NCBI GenBank assembly: GCA_031364845.1
Contig: JANLWX010000105.1
Location: 1 to 18,287 of the forward strand
Length of the DNA: 18,287 nt
Source of the DNA: Candidatus Eiseniibacteriota bacterium
Lineage (GTDB): Bacteria; Eisenbacteria; RBG-16-71-46
Direction: 5' to 3'
Below, piece after piece: positions 1-6,887 of the stretch. The notes under the pieces are model-generated. The model was given only the letters and a program-made list of their open reading frames with translations. It made no database searches and was not told the origin of the DNA. The translations under genes and the position numbers were made by a program. Every line of letters starts with the position of its first letter. Position 1 is the stretch's first letter.

Positions 1-969
1 GGCCTCGATCGCGGCGAGATGGTAGACGGTGCGGAATCCCGCGCCGCGCGGACGGTTGTCGATCCCGGCCGCAAACTCGAGACGGCGGAAGCGCGTCGGC
101 GAGTGGTTGCGCAGGTAATCGAGTGCGGTCGTCAACTGCTCGGGCTTGACCTTCCACGTCAGCGTGTCCGACGGGCCGTATTCGCCCGGATCGCGCGTGA
201 GCTGGCCGCCGAGATGCTCGCGCAGGCCGGCTTCCACCGGCTCCAGCCCGTCTTCGCGCGGCGTGACCGGCGAGGGCGGCGTCCAGGTCGGGAAGTACGC
301 GGCCGGGATGTCGGTGTTGGGCCGCATGATCGTGCCGCGCGGACGCGTGCCTTCGAGTCCCGGACCGCGCGGGTCGTCGGTCGTCGTCACGCCCACCGTG
401 CGCGGCGGCTTGATGGTGCCCGAGGTGCCGTCCTTGCGCCGCAGCACTTCGCGGAACGGACGCTCGTTCTTCATGATCTTCGCCTGCAGCAGCATCAGCG
501 CCTGCATGACCGATTCCGGCCGCGGCGGACAGCCTTGAATGTAGGCGTCGACCGGCAGGATCGTGTCCACGCCCTGCACCACCGAATACACGTCGTACAT
601 GCCGCCCGAATTGGAGCAGCTGCCCATCGAGATCACCCAGCGCGGCTCCAACATCTGCTCGTAGAGCCGGATCAGCGCGGGTGCGACCTTCTTGAACACC
701 GTGCCCGCGACCACCATGAGGTCGGCCTGACGCGGCGAGCCGCGCATGACCTCGGCGCCGAAGCGCGAGATGTCGTGGCGCGAGGTGATCGAGGTGGCCA
801 TCTCGACGAAACAGCACGAGAGACCGAAGAACATCGGCCACATGGAATTGGCGCGGCCCCAGTTCACGAGATCGTCGAGCTTGGCGAGGAACACCGACTG
901 CTCGAGCGCTTCGGGAATATCGCTGGGTTCCGCGACGGTGATCCGGTTCGGGCGTACATCAATCGTCAC
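1..969 (-). CDS. nuoBCD: NADH-quinone oxidoreductase subunit B fused to a C-like region (probable NuoBCD fusion); 3' end runs off the window
   Basis: Manual translation from GTG at 969, with GAGG at 978-975, is open to base 1 (323 codons): [10 protein letters not shown]...[60 protein letters not shown]...[41 protein letters not shown]. The tandem CC, GSC and GCPP motifs are the NuoB N2-cluster ligands. There is no stop after the NuoB domain (~463). The frame continues through a Pro/Thr-rich linker into a NuoC-like segment ([22 protein letters not shown]...FRTVYHL). The D part is inferred, not seen. Confidence 0.9.
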   Translation of the reverse strand, partial: MTIDVRPNRITVAEPSDIPEALEQSVFLAKLDDLVNWGRANSMWPMFFGLSCCFVEMATSITSRHDISRFGAEVMRGSPRQADLMVVAGTVFKKVAPALIRLYEQMLEPRWVISMGSCSNSGGMYDVYSVVQGVDTILPVDAYIQGCPPRPESVMQALMLLQAKIMKNERPFREVLRRKDGTSGTIKPPRTVGVTTTDDPRGPGLEGTRPRGTIMRPNTDIPAAYFPTWTPPSPVTPREDGLEPVEAGLREHLGGQLTRDPGEYGPSDTLTWKVKPEQLTTALDYLRNHSPTRFRRLEFAAGIDNRPRGAGFRTVYHLAAIEA

Positions 970-1056
970 ACGCACCTCGTGCCGGACGAACCGGCGGCGG
1001 CGGGTGGGGTTTCACAATGGGTCGAGCGGTGGAAGTCACCTTTGCGGCGGGAAGCT

Positions 1057-1062
1057 AGCATA
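1057..1062 (-). promoter_or_regulatory. Possible sigma70-type -10 element (TATGCT) for nuoBCD
   Basis: A TAnnnT hexamer in an AT-rich patch about 90 nt upstream of the GTG start. No convincing -35 element. Confidence 0.35.
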
Positions 1063-1114
1063 AAGGAGGGCGCGGGGAGGAATGGGAGTCCGGGAGATTC
1101 CCGCCGCGCGGCGA

Positions 1115-1531
1115 TCACCACTCGCGAGTCGCGATGACCCGTGCGAAGTCCCTGAGATCACCCATCGAGGTCTCGAGGAATTCGAACACCCGCGCGTCGT
1201 CCACTTCCCAGTAGAGATGGACGAGTCGATTCCTGAAGCGCGCCATCGAGCGTAGAGAGTCCTGACGGTCCGCGGGCAGGATTCCTTCCTCGACGAGAAC
1301 CGTGAAGCTATCGGCGTTGTGACGCGGGAAGCGGAAGTTCTCCGATGAAATCACGTGGTTGGCAATATCGATGCAGCACTCGATCGCGATCACGAGCAGG
1401 TACTTGGCGTGTCCAATCTTGTCGGGATTGGCCAGGAACGCCTCGCGTCCGACCGCCGCGAGTTGGTCGAGACGCTCCGAATAGCTCCGGAGATTGGACA
1501 GCATCTGGTCGAGTTTCGGCTTGTCGACCAC
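1115..1531 (-). CDS. hepT: HEPN/DUF86 ribonuclease toxin (HepT-like)
   Basis: 138 aa with the RX4HXY motif (RNRLVHLY) and the DUF86-like segment IAIECCIDIANHVIS. It starts 2 nt after the MNT stop. Confidence 0.85.
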   Translation of the reverse strand: MVDKPKLDQMLSNLRSYSERLDQLAAVGREAFLANPDKIGHAKYLLVIAIECCIDIANHVISSENFRFPRHNADSFTVLVEEGILPADRQDSLRSMARFRNRLVHLYWEVDDARVFEFLETSMGDLRDFARVIATREW

Positions 1532-1533
1532 GA

Positions 1534-1959
1534 TCAGAGGCCCTTCTCGGCGATGCGCCGCAGTCGGATCTCGTGCATTTCGGCGAATTCGGCCTTGTAA
1601 TCGTGGTAGCGCGACAGCGTGTTGCGCTCCAATCCGACGCGCCGGACGTCGTCCCCCGAGTAGATCCGGACGCCGTCTTCGAGAACCTTTCCGCGTAGTT
1701 CCAGCGGGGCTTCGGCGAGATTGCGCAGATCCACCTCGAGGCCGAGCGCGTCGGTGAGGTCGGCCTCCAGCGCGAGTTCCTCGGACAGAAGAAGCCCTGC
1801 CTCGTTCGGATATCCGAGGGCGTAGTAGCCGATGTCGAGATCGCTTCCGTCGAGCGGCCGTCCGCTGATGCGGCTGCCGTAGGCGTAGGCGGCGAGGATC
1901 GCGTGCTTCGACAGCATCGCGGCGGCGACGGATCGGATTCGGGTGACGAGATCTTCCAT
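1534..1959 (-). CDS. mntA: Minimal nucleotidyltransferase (MntA-like adenylyltransferase antitoxin)
   Basis: 141 aa with the GSX10DXD motif (YGSRISGRPLDGSDLDIG) and a downstream VDL motif. It lies directly upstream of the HEPN gene. Confidence 0.85.
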   Translation of the reverse strand: MEDLVTRIRSVAAAMLSKHAILAAYAYGSRISGRPLDGSDLDIGYYALGYPNEAGLLLSEELALEADLTDALGLEVDLRNLAEAPLELRGKVLEDGVRIYSGDDVRRVGLERNTLSRYHDYKAEFAEMHEIRLRRIAEKGL

Positions 1960-1965
1960 AGGGGC

Positions 1966-1974
1966 ACGTTATCA
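1966..1974 (-). promoter_or_regulatory. Extended -10 promoter (TGnTAACGT) for a probably leaderless mntA-hepT mRNA
   Basis: The minus strand reads TG-A-TAACGT-gcccct-ATG, placing the -10 hexamer 6 nt before the start codon. There is no Shine-Dalgarno sequence. Confidence 0.55.
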
Positions 1975-2060
1975 GGGTCGGCCCGATCAGGGGAATCGGT
2001 GGAATCCATTCACCGAAGCGTACGATCGCGACCGGGTCTTAGCCTCCTCCCACTCCGTGC

Positions 2061-2104
2061 AAGTGTCCGATTCCGGGACGACTGAATCCCACGGGCGGAC
2101 ACTT
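2061..2104. promoter_or_regulatory. Candidate upstream activator sequence (tandem enhancer-binding-protein sites)
   Basis: GTCC-N7-GGAC (2065-2079) and ATCC-N7-GGAC (2086-2100) are offset by 21 bp. The block is bounded by a perfect 9-bp inverted repeat, AAGTGTCCG (2061-2069) / CGGACACTT (2096-2104). Confidence 0.55.
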
Positions 2105-2177
2105 CCGCCGATTCCGCCGCGAACACCTCTCGCACTCAACCTCATGCCCGCGAACACGCTCGGCGATTCAGAGCCCG

Positions 2178-2193
2178 CGGCACGCTTCTTCTA
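2178..2193 (+). promoter_or_regulatory. Candidate sigma54 (-24/-12) promoter with an imperfect -12
   Basis: CGGCACG-cttc-TTCTA versus consensus TGGCACG-N4-TTGCW. The -24 box is good; the -12 box has TTCT instead of TTGC. It sits about 75-120 bp downstream of the palindromic sites, and a sigma54 activator is encoded in the same cluster. Confidence 0.45.
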
Positions 2194-2212
2194 ATAGAGA
2201 ACGCGGAATTTC

Positions 2213-2338
2213 CGATGTGCGGCAGGTGACGGCGCTCTTCCGATTCGGGCGCGGTGCTGCATGGGCAACCGCGCGGGTCACCCCCCGGCGCCGTAACCGC
2301 CGCACTTCTTCATCGCCGCATCGCTCCTGACGGAGGAT
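2213..2338 (+). other. Candidate structured 5' leader RNA
   Basis: 2217-2235 pairs with 2288-2305 (17 Watson-Crick pairs, 1 bulge, 1 mismatch). An inner stem pairs 2249-2255 with 2268-2274. The hairpin CTCC-TGAC-GGAG (2324-2335) covers the SD sequence. Confidence 0.4.
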
Positions 2339-2341
2339 CCC

Positions 2342-3583
2342 CTGGACATCGCGCGCGCACCGAGGCCGAAGCGGCAACCTTATATCTATGCGGGGGCCGC
2401 GCTGGTGCTGATTCTCGTCACGGTCGGCTTCAGCCGCCTGAAGCCGGCCGCACCGACCGTCGAGCGCGCGACGCTGTGGACCGACGCGGTGAAGCGCGGC
2501 GCGATGCTGCGTCAGGTGCGCGGGACGGGAACGCTGGTGCCCGAGCAGATGCGCTGGATTCCGGCGGTCACCGCAGGCCGCATCGAGCGCATCCACGTTC
2601 GCGCCGGCGAGCAGGTCGAAGAGGGCACGATCCTCCTGGTGCTCGCCAATCCCGACGTCCAGCTCGAAGCGCTCGACGCCGACCGCCAGCTCTCGCTCGC
2701 CGAGCAGGGGCTCGCGAGCCTCGACGCCACGTTGTCGACCGGTGTGCTCTCGCAGGAGAGCGGCGTCGCCACGGCGCACACCGACCACGAGGACGCGCGG
2801 CGCGCGGTCGCGGCGGCGGAGCGGCTTGCGAAGGAAGGACTGATCTCGACCAACGAACTCGACCGCGCGCGCGACCGCATGCAGGAGATGGCGACGCGCT
2901 ACGACGGCGAGAAGCGCCGCCTCGAAGTGGCGCGCTCAACGCTCAAGACGCAGCTCGCGCTTCAGCGCGCGCAGATCGAACGGCTGCGCGCGATCGTGCG
3001 TTTCCATCAGGGCCGCGTCGCGTCGATGAACGTGATCGCGGGTTCCAAAGGCGTGCTGCAGGAGATGACGCTCGAAGAGGGTCAGTGGGTGAACCCGGGT
3101 CAGTTGCTCGCGAAAGTGGCACAGCCGGAGCGTCTGAAAGCAGTGCTGCGCGTTCCGGAGTCGCAGGCGAAGGACGTGGTGTTGTCGCTGCCCGCGGTGA
3201 TCGACACGCGCAACGGAACCGTTAAGGGCAGGGTTTCGCGCGTAAATCCCGGTGTGCAGGACGGAACGGTCGCGGTGGATGTCACGCTCGAAGGCGAGTT
3301 GCCGGCCGGTGCGCGGCCCGATCTAAGCGTCGACGGCACGATCGAGATCGAGCGTCTCGCGAACGTGATGTTCGTCAACCGGCCGGCGGATGCGCAGACG
3401 AATGCAACCCTGGGGCTGTTCAAACTCGTAAACGGTGGCAAGGAAGCGATTCGTCAGAGCGTGCGGCTCGGCAAGTCGTCCGTGAATACCGTCGAAGTGC
3501 TCGGCGGACTCGAAGTCGGTGATGAAGTGATCTTGTCCGACATGTCGCGCTGGGATGGCGTAGACCGCGTTCGGATTCGCTAG
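2342..3583 (+). CDS. HlyD/MacA-family efflux periplasmic adaptor (membrane fusion protein), about 413 aa, probable CTG start
   Basis: It has an N-terminal basic stretch plus TM anchor (MDIARAPRPKRQPYIYAGAALVLILVTVGF), lipoyl half-motifs (GRIERIHVRAGEQVEEGTILLVL; LEEGQWVNPGQLLAKV) flanking a coiled coil, and C-terminal GLEVGDEVILSD. GGAGG lies at 2332-2336. The track's GTG start at 2405 would cut the TM helix. Confidence 0.9.
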   Translation: MDIARAPRPKRQPYIYAGAALVLILVTVGFSRLKPAAPTVERATLWTDAVKRGAMLRQVRGTGTLVPEQMRWIPAVTAGRIERIHVRAGEQVEEGTILLVLANPDVQLEALDADRQLSLAEQGLASLDATLSTGVLSQESGVATAHTDHEDARRAVAAAERLAKEGLISTNELDRARDRMQEMATRYDGEKRRLEVARSTLKTQLALQRAQIERLRAIVRFHQGRVASMNVIAGSKGVLQEMTLEEGQWVNPGQLLAKVAQPERLKAVLRVPESQAKDVVLSLPAVIDTRNGTVKGRVSRVNPGVQDGTVAVDVTLEGELPAGARPDLSVDGTIEIERLANVMFVNRPADAQTNATLGLFKLVNGGKEAIRQSVRLGKSSVNTVEVLGGLEVGDEVILSDMSRWDGVDRVRIR

Positions 3584-3596
3584 GAGGAGGAACACG

Positions 3597-4382
3597 ATGG
3601 TTGCTGTATCCGAAACCAACCGCATCCAGAACGCGCTGCCGAACGGTACCGCCAAGCCCGAAGCCCCGCAGCGGGAGATCAAGAAGCCCACCGGCCAGAC
3701 GCTGCTCAAGCTCGACAACGTCACCAAGGTTTTCTACACCGATGAAGTCGAGACGCACGCGCTGTCGGGCATTCATCTCGAGATCAACGACGGCGACTAT
3801 GTTTCCATCGCGGGTCCGTCGGGTTGCGGCAAGTCGACGCTGCTCTCGCTGCTCGGTCTGCTCGATTCTCCGACCGACGGGCGCTACTGGCTCAAAGGCC
3901 AGCCGATCGAGTCGCTCAAGCTCGCGGACCGCGCGCGCATCCGCAATCGCGAGATCGGGTTCATCTTCCAGAGCTTCAACTTGATCGGCGACCTCACGGT
4001 GTTCGAGAACGTCGAGCTGCCACTGACCTACCGCGGCATGACGGCGTCCGATCGGCGCAGCCGCACGTACGACGCGCTCGAGCGCGTCGGCTTGGCGCTT
4101 CGCGCGAAGCTTCTGCCGGGGCAGTTGTCGGGCGGCCAGCAGCAGCGCGTCGCGGTGGCGCGCGCGCTGGTGGGTTCGCCGGCGATCCTGCTCGCGGACG
4201 AGCCGACCGGAAACCTCGACTCGCGCAACGGCGAGCAGGTGATGGAGCTGCTGCGCGAGCTTCACCGCGCCGGCGCCACGGTGTGCATGGTCACGCACGA
4301 TCAGCGCTTCTCGCGTCACGCCGACCGCACGATCCACCTGTTCGACGGCCGCGTGGTCGAAGAGCGGGCAGAGGCCCGCTGA
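3597..4382 (+). CDS. ABC transporter ATP-binding protein 1 (MacB/LolD-like)
   Basis: Walker A GPSGCGKST, Q-loop FIFQSFNL, signature LSGGQQQR, Walker B/D-loop [11 protein letters not shown] and H-loop VTH are all present. Strong SD GGAGGAGG. Confidence 0.95.
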   Translation: MVAVSETNRIQNALPNGTAKPEAPQREIKKPTGQTLLKLDNVTKVFYTDEVETHALSGIHLEINDGDYVSIAGPSGCGKSTLLSLLGLLDSPTDGRYWLKGQPIESLKLADRARIRNREIGFIFQSFNLIGDLTVFENVELPLTYRGMTASDRRSRTYDALERVGLALRAKLLPGQLSGGQQQRVAVARALVGSPAILLADEPTGNLDSRNGEQVMELLRELHRAGATVCMVTHDQRFSRHADRTIHLFDGRVVEERAEAR

Positions 4383-6805
4383 TGGACGCGCTGCTCCAGG
4401 ACATCCGCTACGCCCTGCGCTCGCTCGGCAAGGCGAAGGGCTTCACGGCACTCGCGGTGCTGTGCCTCGCAATTGGCATCGGACTCAACACCACGATCTT
4501 CAGCGTGGTCGATGCGATTCTGTTCAAGCCGTTCGGCTTCAAAGATATCGAACGGCTCGTCATTCTTCAGGATCGCCGCATCAAGGACACCGACAGCGAA
4601 TATGGCCTGTCCTACGCGAACTTCGAGGACCTGCGCCAGCGCGTCAGCTCGTTCGCGGACCTCGGCATTCAGGGCGCGCGCAGCATGACGCTCACCGACG
4701 GCGAGGAGCCCGAGCGCATCCTCGCGGCGACCGTGAGTGCGAACCTGTTCACCTTGCTCGGCGTCGAGCCCGCGCTCGGACGCCAGTTCCGCGAAGACGA
4801 GGACCGGCCGGGTGCACCACCGGTCATCATGCTGAGCGACGAGCTGTGGAAGCGCCGCTACAACGGCGATCCGTCCGTGGTCGGGCGCGAGATTCCGGTA
4901 AACGGGAAACCGACGACGGTCGTGGGCGTGATGCCGCCCAGGTTCAAGTTCCCCGAGTCGGAGCTGCTGTGGGTGCCGGTGCGTCCGCTCGTGCACACGA
5001 CGCCGCGCGATGAGCGCGGGCTCGCCACCTTCGCGCGTCTCAAGCCCGGCGTCACGATCAAGCGCGCGAATTCGGAGCTCACCGCGATCGCCGCCGCGCT
5101 CGCCTCGGAATACCCGCGCGAGAACGAAGGCTTCACGACGCGCGCGGTCCTGATGCGCGATGAACTGGTCCCCGCCGACATGAAGCTCGTGATCCTCGCG
5201 ATGATGGGTGCCGTCACGTCGGTGCTGCTGATCGCGTGCGCCAACGTCGCCAATCTGCTGCTGGCGCGTGCGTCGTCGCGCCATCGCGAGATCGCGATCC
5301 GTTCCGCGATCGGCGCCGGTCGCGGACGCATCGTGCGCCAGCTGCTGACCGAGAGCGTCTTGATCGCGCTCGCGGGAGCCGCACTCGGAATGCTGATCGC
5401 GCTGTGGGGATTGGATCTCATGAATGCCGCGATCCCGCCCAGCGACCAGGTGCCGTACTACATCCAGTGGAAGATCGACGGGCGCGCGCTGGTCTACGCG
5501 ATCGTCGTCGCGGTGTTCACGGGCCTCTTGTTCGGACTCGCGCCCGCCCTGCAGACGACCGGCACCAATCTTCAGGAGTCGCTCAAGGAAGGCGCGCGGG
5601 GTGCGACCGGTAGCGGCCGGCGCTCGCGCCTGCGCAACGGACTCGTGGTCGCGGAGGTCGCGCTGTCGCTCGTGCTGCTCGTTACGGCGGCGTTGTTCGT
5701 GCGCAGCTTCATGGCGCTCCAGTACGTAGATCCGGGTTTCGACGTGAAGCGGCTGATGACGATGCGGCTCTATCTGCCGGGCGATCCGTACGAAACCGAC
5801 GACTCCAAGCGCCTGCGGCTCGAAGACGTGATCCGGCGTGTCGAAGCGCTGCCGGGCGTGGAGGCGGCGACCGCCTCGAACACGATCGCGATCGGCGGCG
5901 GTGGTGCGGGTGATGGGATCATTGCCGAAGGCCGCGATGTGCCGGCGGGCGAAGAGCCCAACATGTTCTACACCGGCGTCACCGCTCACTGGCTGCGCAC
6001 GCACGGCGTCCCGATTCTCAAAGGACGCGACCTCACCGAAGCCGAAGCCTCCGACAGCGCTGCCGTCGCGGTCGTGAATCAGAGCTTCGCGAAGAAGCTG
6101 TGGGGTGCGGAAGAACCTATCGGCCGCCGTTTCCGGCTGCGCGGCGATCGCACCAACACATGGGTCAGCGTGGTGGGGTTGGTGCGCGACTTCAAGCTCA
6201 ACGACATCGACGACAAGACTCCGAACGACGAAGCGGCGTTCCTTCCGTATCTGTGGTCGCCGGCGCGCAACAACGGCATCACGATCCGCGTGAGCGGCGA
6301 TCCGGCGCAGATCTCCGCCGGCGCGCGCAAAGCGATTCACGCTTCCGATCGAGGACTGCCGGTGTTCGAGGTGCAGTCGATGGACGAGCTGCGCGTGAAC
6401 AGTTTCTGGCAGTACGGACTGTTCGGCTCGATGTTCACGATCTTCGGAGTCGTGGCACTGGTGCTCGCGCTGGTCGGTGTGTACGGCGTGATCTCCTACG
6501 GCGTGAGCCAGCGCACGCATGAAATCGGCGTGCGCATGGCGCTCGGTGCGCGCAGCGAAGATGTGCTGCGCATGATCGTGATCCAGGGCGCGCGTCTCGC
6601 CGGGATCGGCATCGCGGTCGGGTTGCTGGCGGCGTTCGGCGCCGGCCGCGCGATCTCGAGCATTCTGTTCGCCACGAGCCCTGCCGATCCGCTGAGCTTC
6701 GCCGTGATCGCGCTGCTGCTGACCGGCACCGCGGTGCTGGCGAGCTGGGTTCCGGCGCGCCGCGCGGCGGCGGTCGATCCGATGGTGGCGTTGCGCGATC
6801 AGTGA
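4382..6805 (+). CDS. ABC permease 1, duplicated MacB-PCD/FtsX type (ADOP-like), 807 aa
   Basis: The ATG at 4382 overlaps the ATPase stop (TGATG). Family motifs: LLQDIRYALRSL, LAIGIGLNTTIFSVVDAIL, LLIACANVANLLLARA...REIAIRSAIGAGRGR, QRTHEIGVRMALGA, PARRAAAVDPMVALR. Confidence 0.93.
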   Translation: MDALLQDIRYALRSLGKAKGFTALAVLCLAIGIGLNTTIFSVVDAILFKPFGFKDIERLVILQDRRIKDTDSEYGLSYANFEDLRQRVSSFADLGIQGARSMTLTDGEEPERILAATVSANLFTLLGVEPALGRQFREDEDRPGAPPVIMLSDELWKRRYNGDPSVVGREIPVNGKPTTVVGVMPPRFKFPESELLWVPVRPLVHTTPRDERGLATFARLKPGVTIKRANSELTAIAAALASEYPRENEGFTTRAVLMRDELVPADMKLVILAMMGAVTSVLLIACANVANLLLARASSRHREIAIRSAIGAGRGRIVRQLLTESVLIALAGAALGMLIALWGLDLMNAAIPPSDQVPYYIQWKIDGRALVYAIVVAVFTGLLFGLAPALQTTGTNLQESLKEGARGATGSGRRSRLRNGLVVAEVALSLVLLVTAALFVRSFMALQYVDPGFDVKRLMTMRLYLPGDPYETDDSKRLRLEDVIRRVEALPGVEAATASNTIAIGGGGAGDGIIAEGRDVPAGEEPNMFYTGVTAHWLRTHGVPILKGRDLTEAEASDSAAVAVVNQSFAKKLWGAEEPIGRRFRLRGDRTNTWVSVVGLVRDFKLNDIDDKTPNDEAAFLPYLWSPARNNGITIRVSGDPAQISAGARKAIHASDRGLPVFEVQSMDELRVNSFWQYGLFGSMFTIFGVVALVLALVGVYGVISYGVSQRTHEIGVRMALGARSEDVLRMIVIQGARLAGIGIAVGLLAAFGAGRAISSILFATSPADPLSFAVIALLLTGTAVLASWVPARRAAAVDPMVALRDQ

Positions 6806-6815
6806 GTCCGTCCGG

Positions 6816-6847
6816 CGGCTCCCGGCGACCGTAGTGGCCGGGAGCCG
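6816..6847. repeat. Intergenic GC-rich stem-loop (perfect 11-bp inverted repeat)
   Basis: CGGCTCCCGGC (6816-6826) pairs with GCCGGGAGCCG (6837-6847) around a 10-nt loop. There is no U-tract on either side. Confidence 0.7.
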
Positions 6848-6887
6848 ACCGCGAGTGATGTGGTGATGAGTCGAGCCCGGGGAATCG

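Noticed and set aside
463..969. Possible group 4 [NiFe]-hydrogenase small subunit
   Set aside because: It has the adjacent CC motif (GLSCCFVEM) typical of NuoB, not the CxxC of hydrogenase small subunits.
1000..1017. TTCACAA upstream of nuo, resembling a Rex operator half-site
   Set aside because: The matching TTGTGAA half is absent (GCGGGTG at that position), so this is only a half-site.
19..1137. 372-aa plus-strand ORF
   Set aside because: It is the antisense shadow of the nuoB-C frame, Arg-rich and without motifs.
1115..2160. CRISPR-associated or mobile-element interpretation of the HEPN/MNT pair and nearby short repeats
   Set aside because: There is no repeat-spacer array, cas gene, transposase, integrase or tRNA in the window. 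The repeats are short and occur only in pairs.
3824..4381. 186-aa N-terminal extension on permease 1 (993-aa track ORF), or a MacB-style ATPase-permease fusion
   Set aside because: The extension is an off-frame overlap with ATPase 1. The ATPase ends in a normal TGA coupled to the permease ATG at 4382, and I see no slippery site.
6816..6860. Intrinsic terminator call for the intergenic hairpin
   Set aside because: There is no U-tract on either strand, so it is kept only as a stem-loop.
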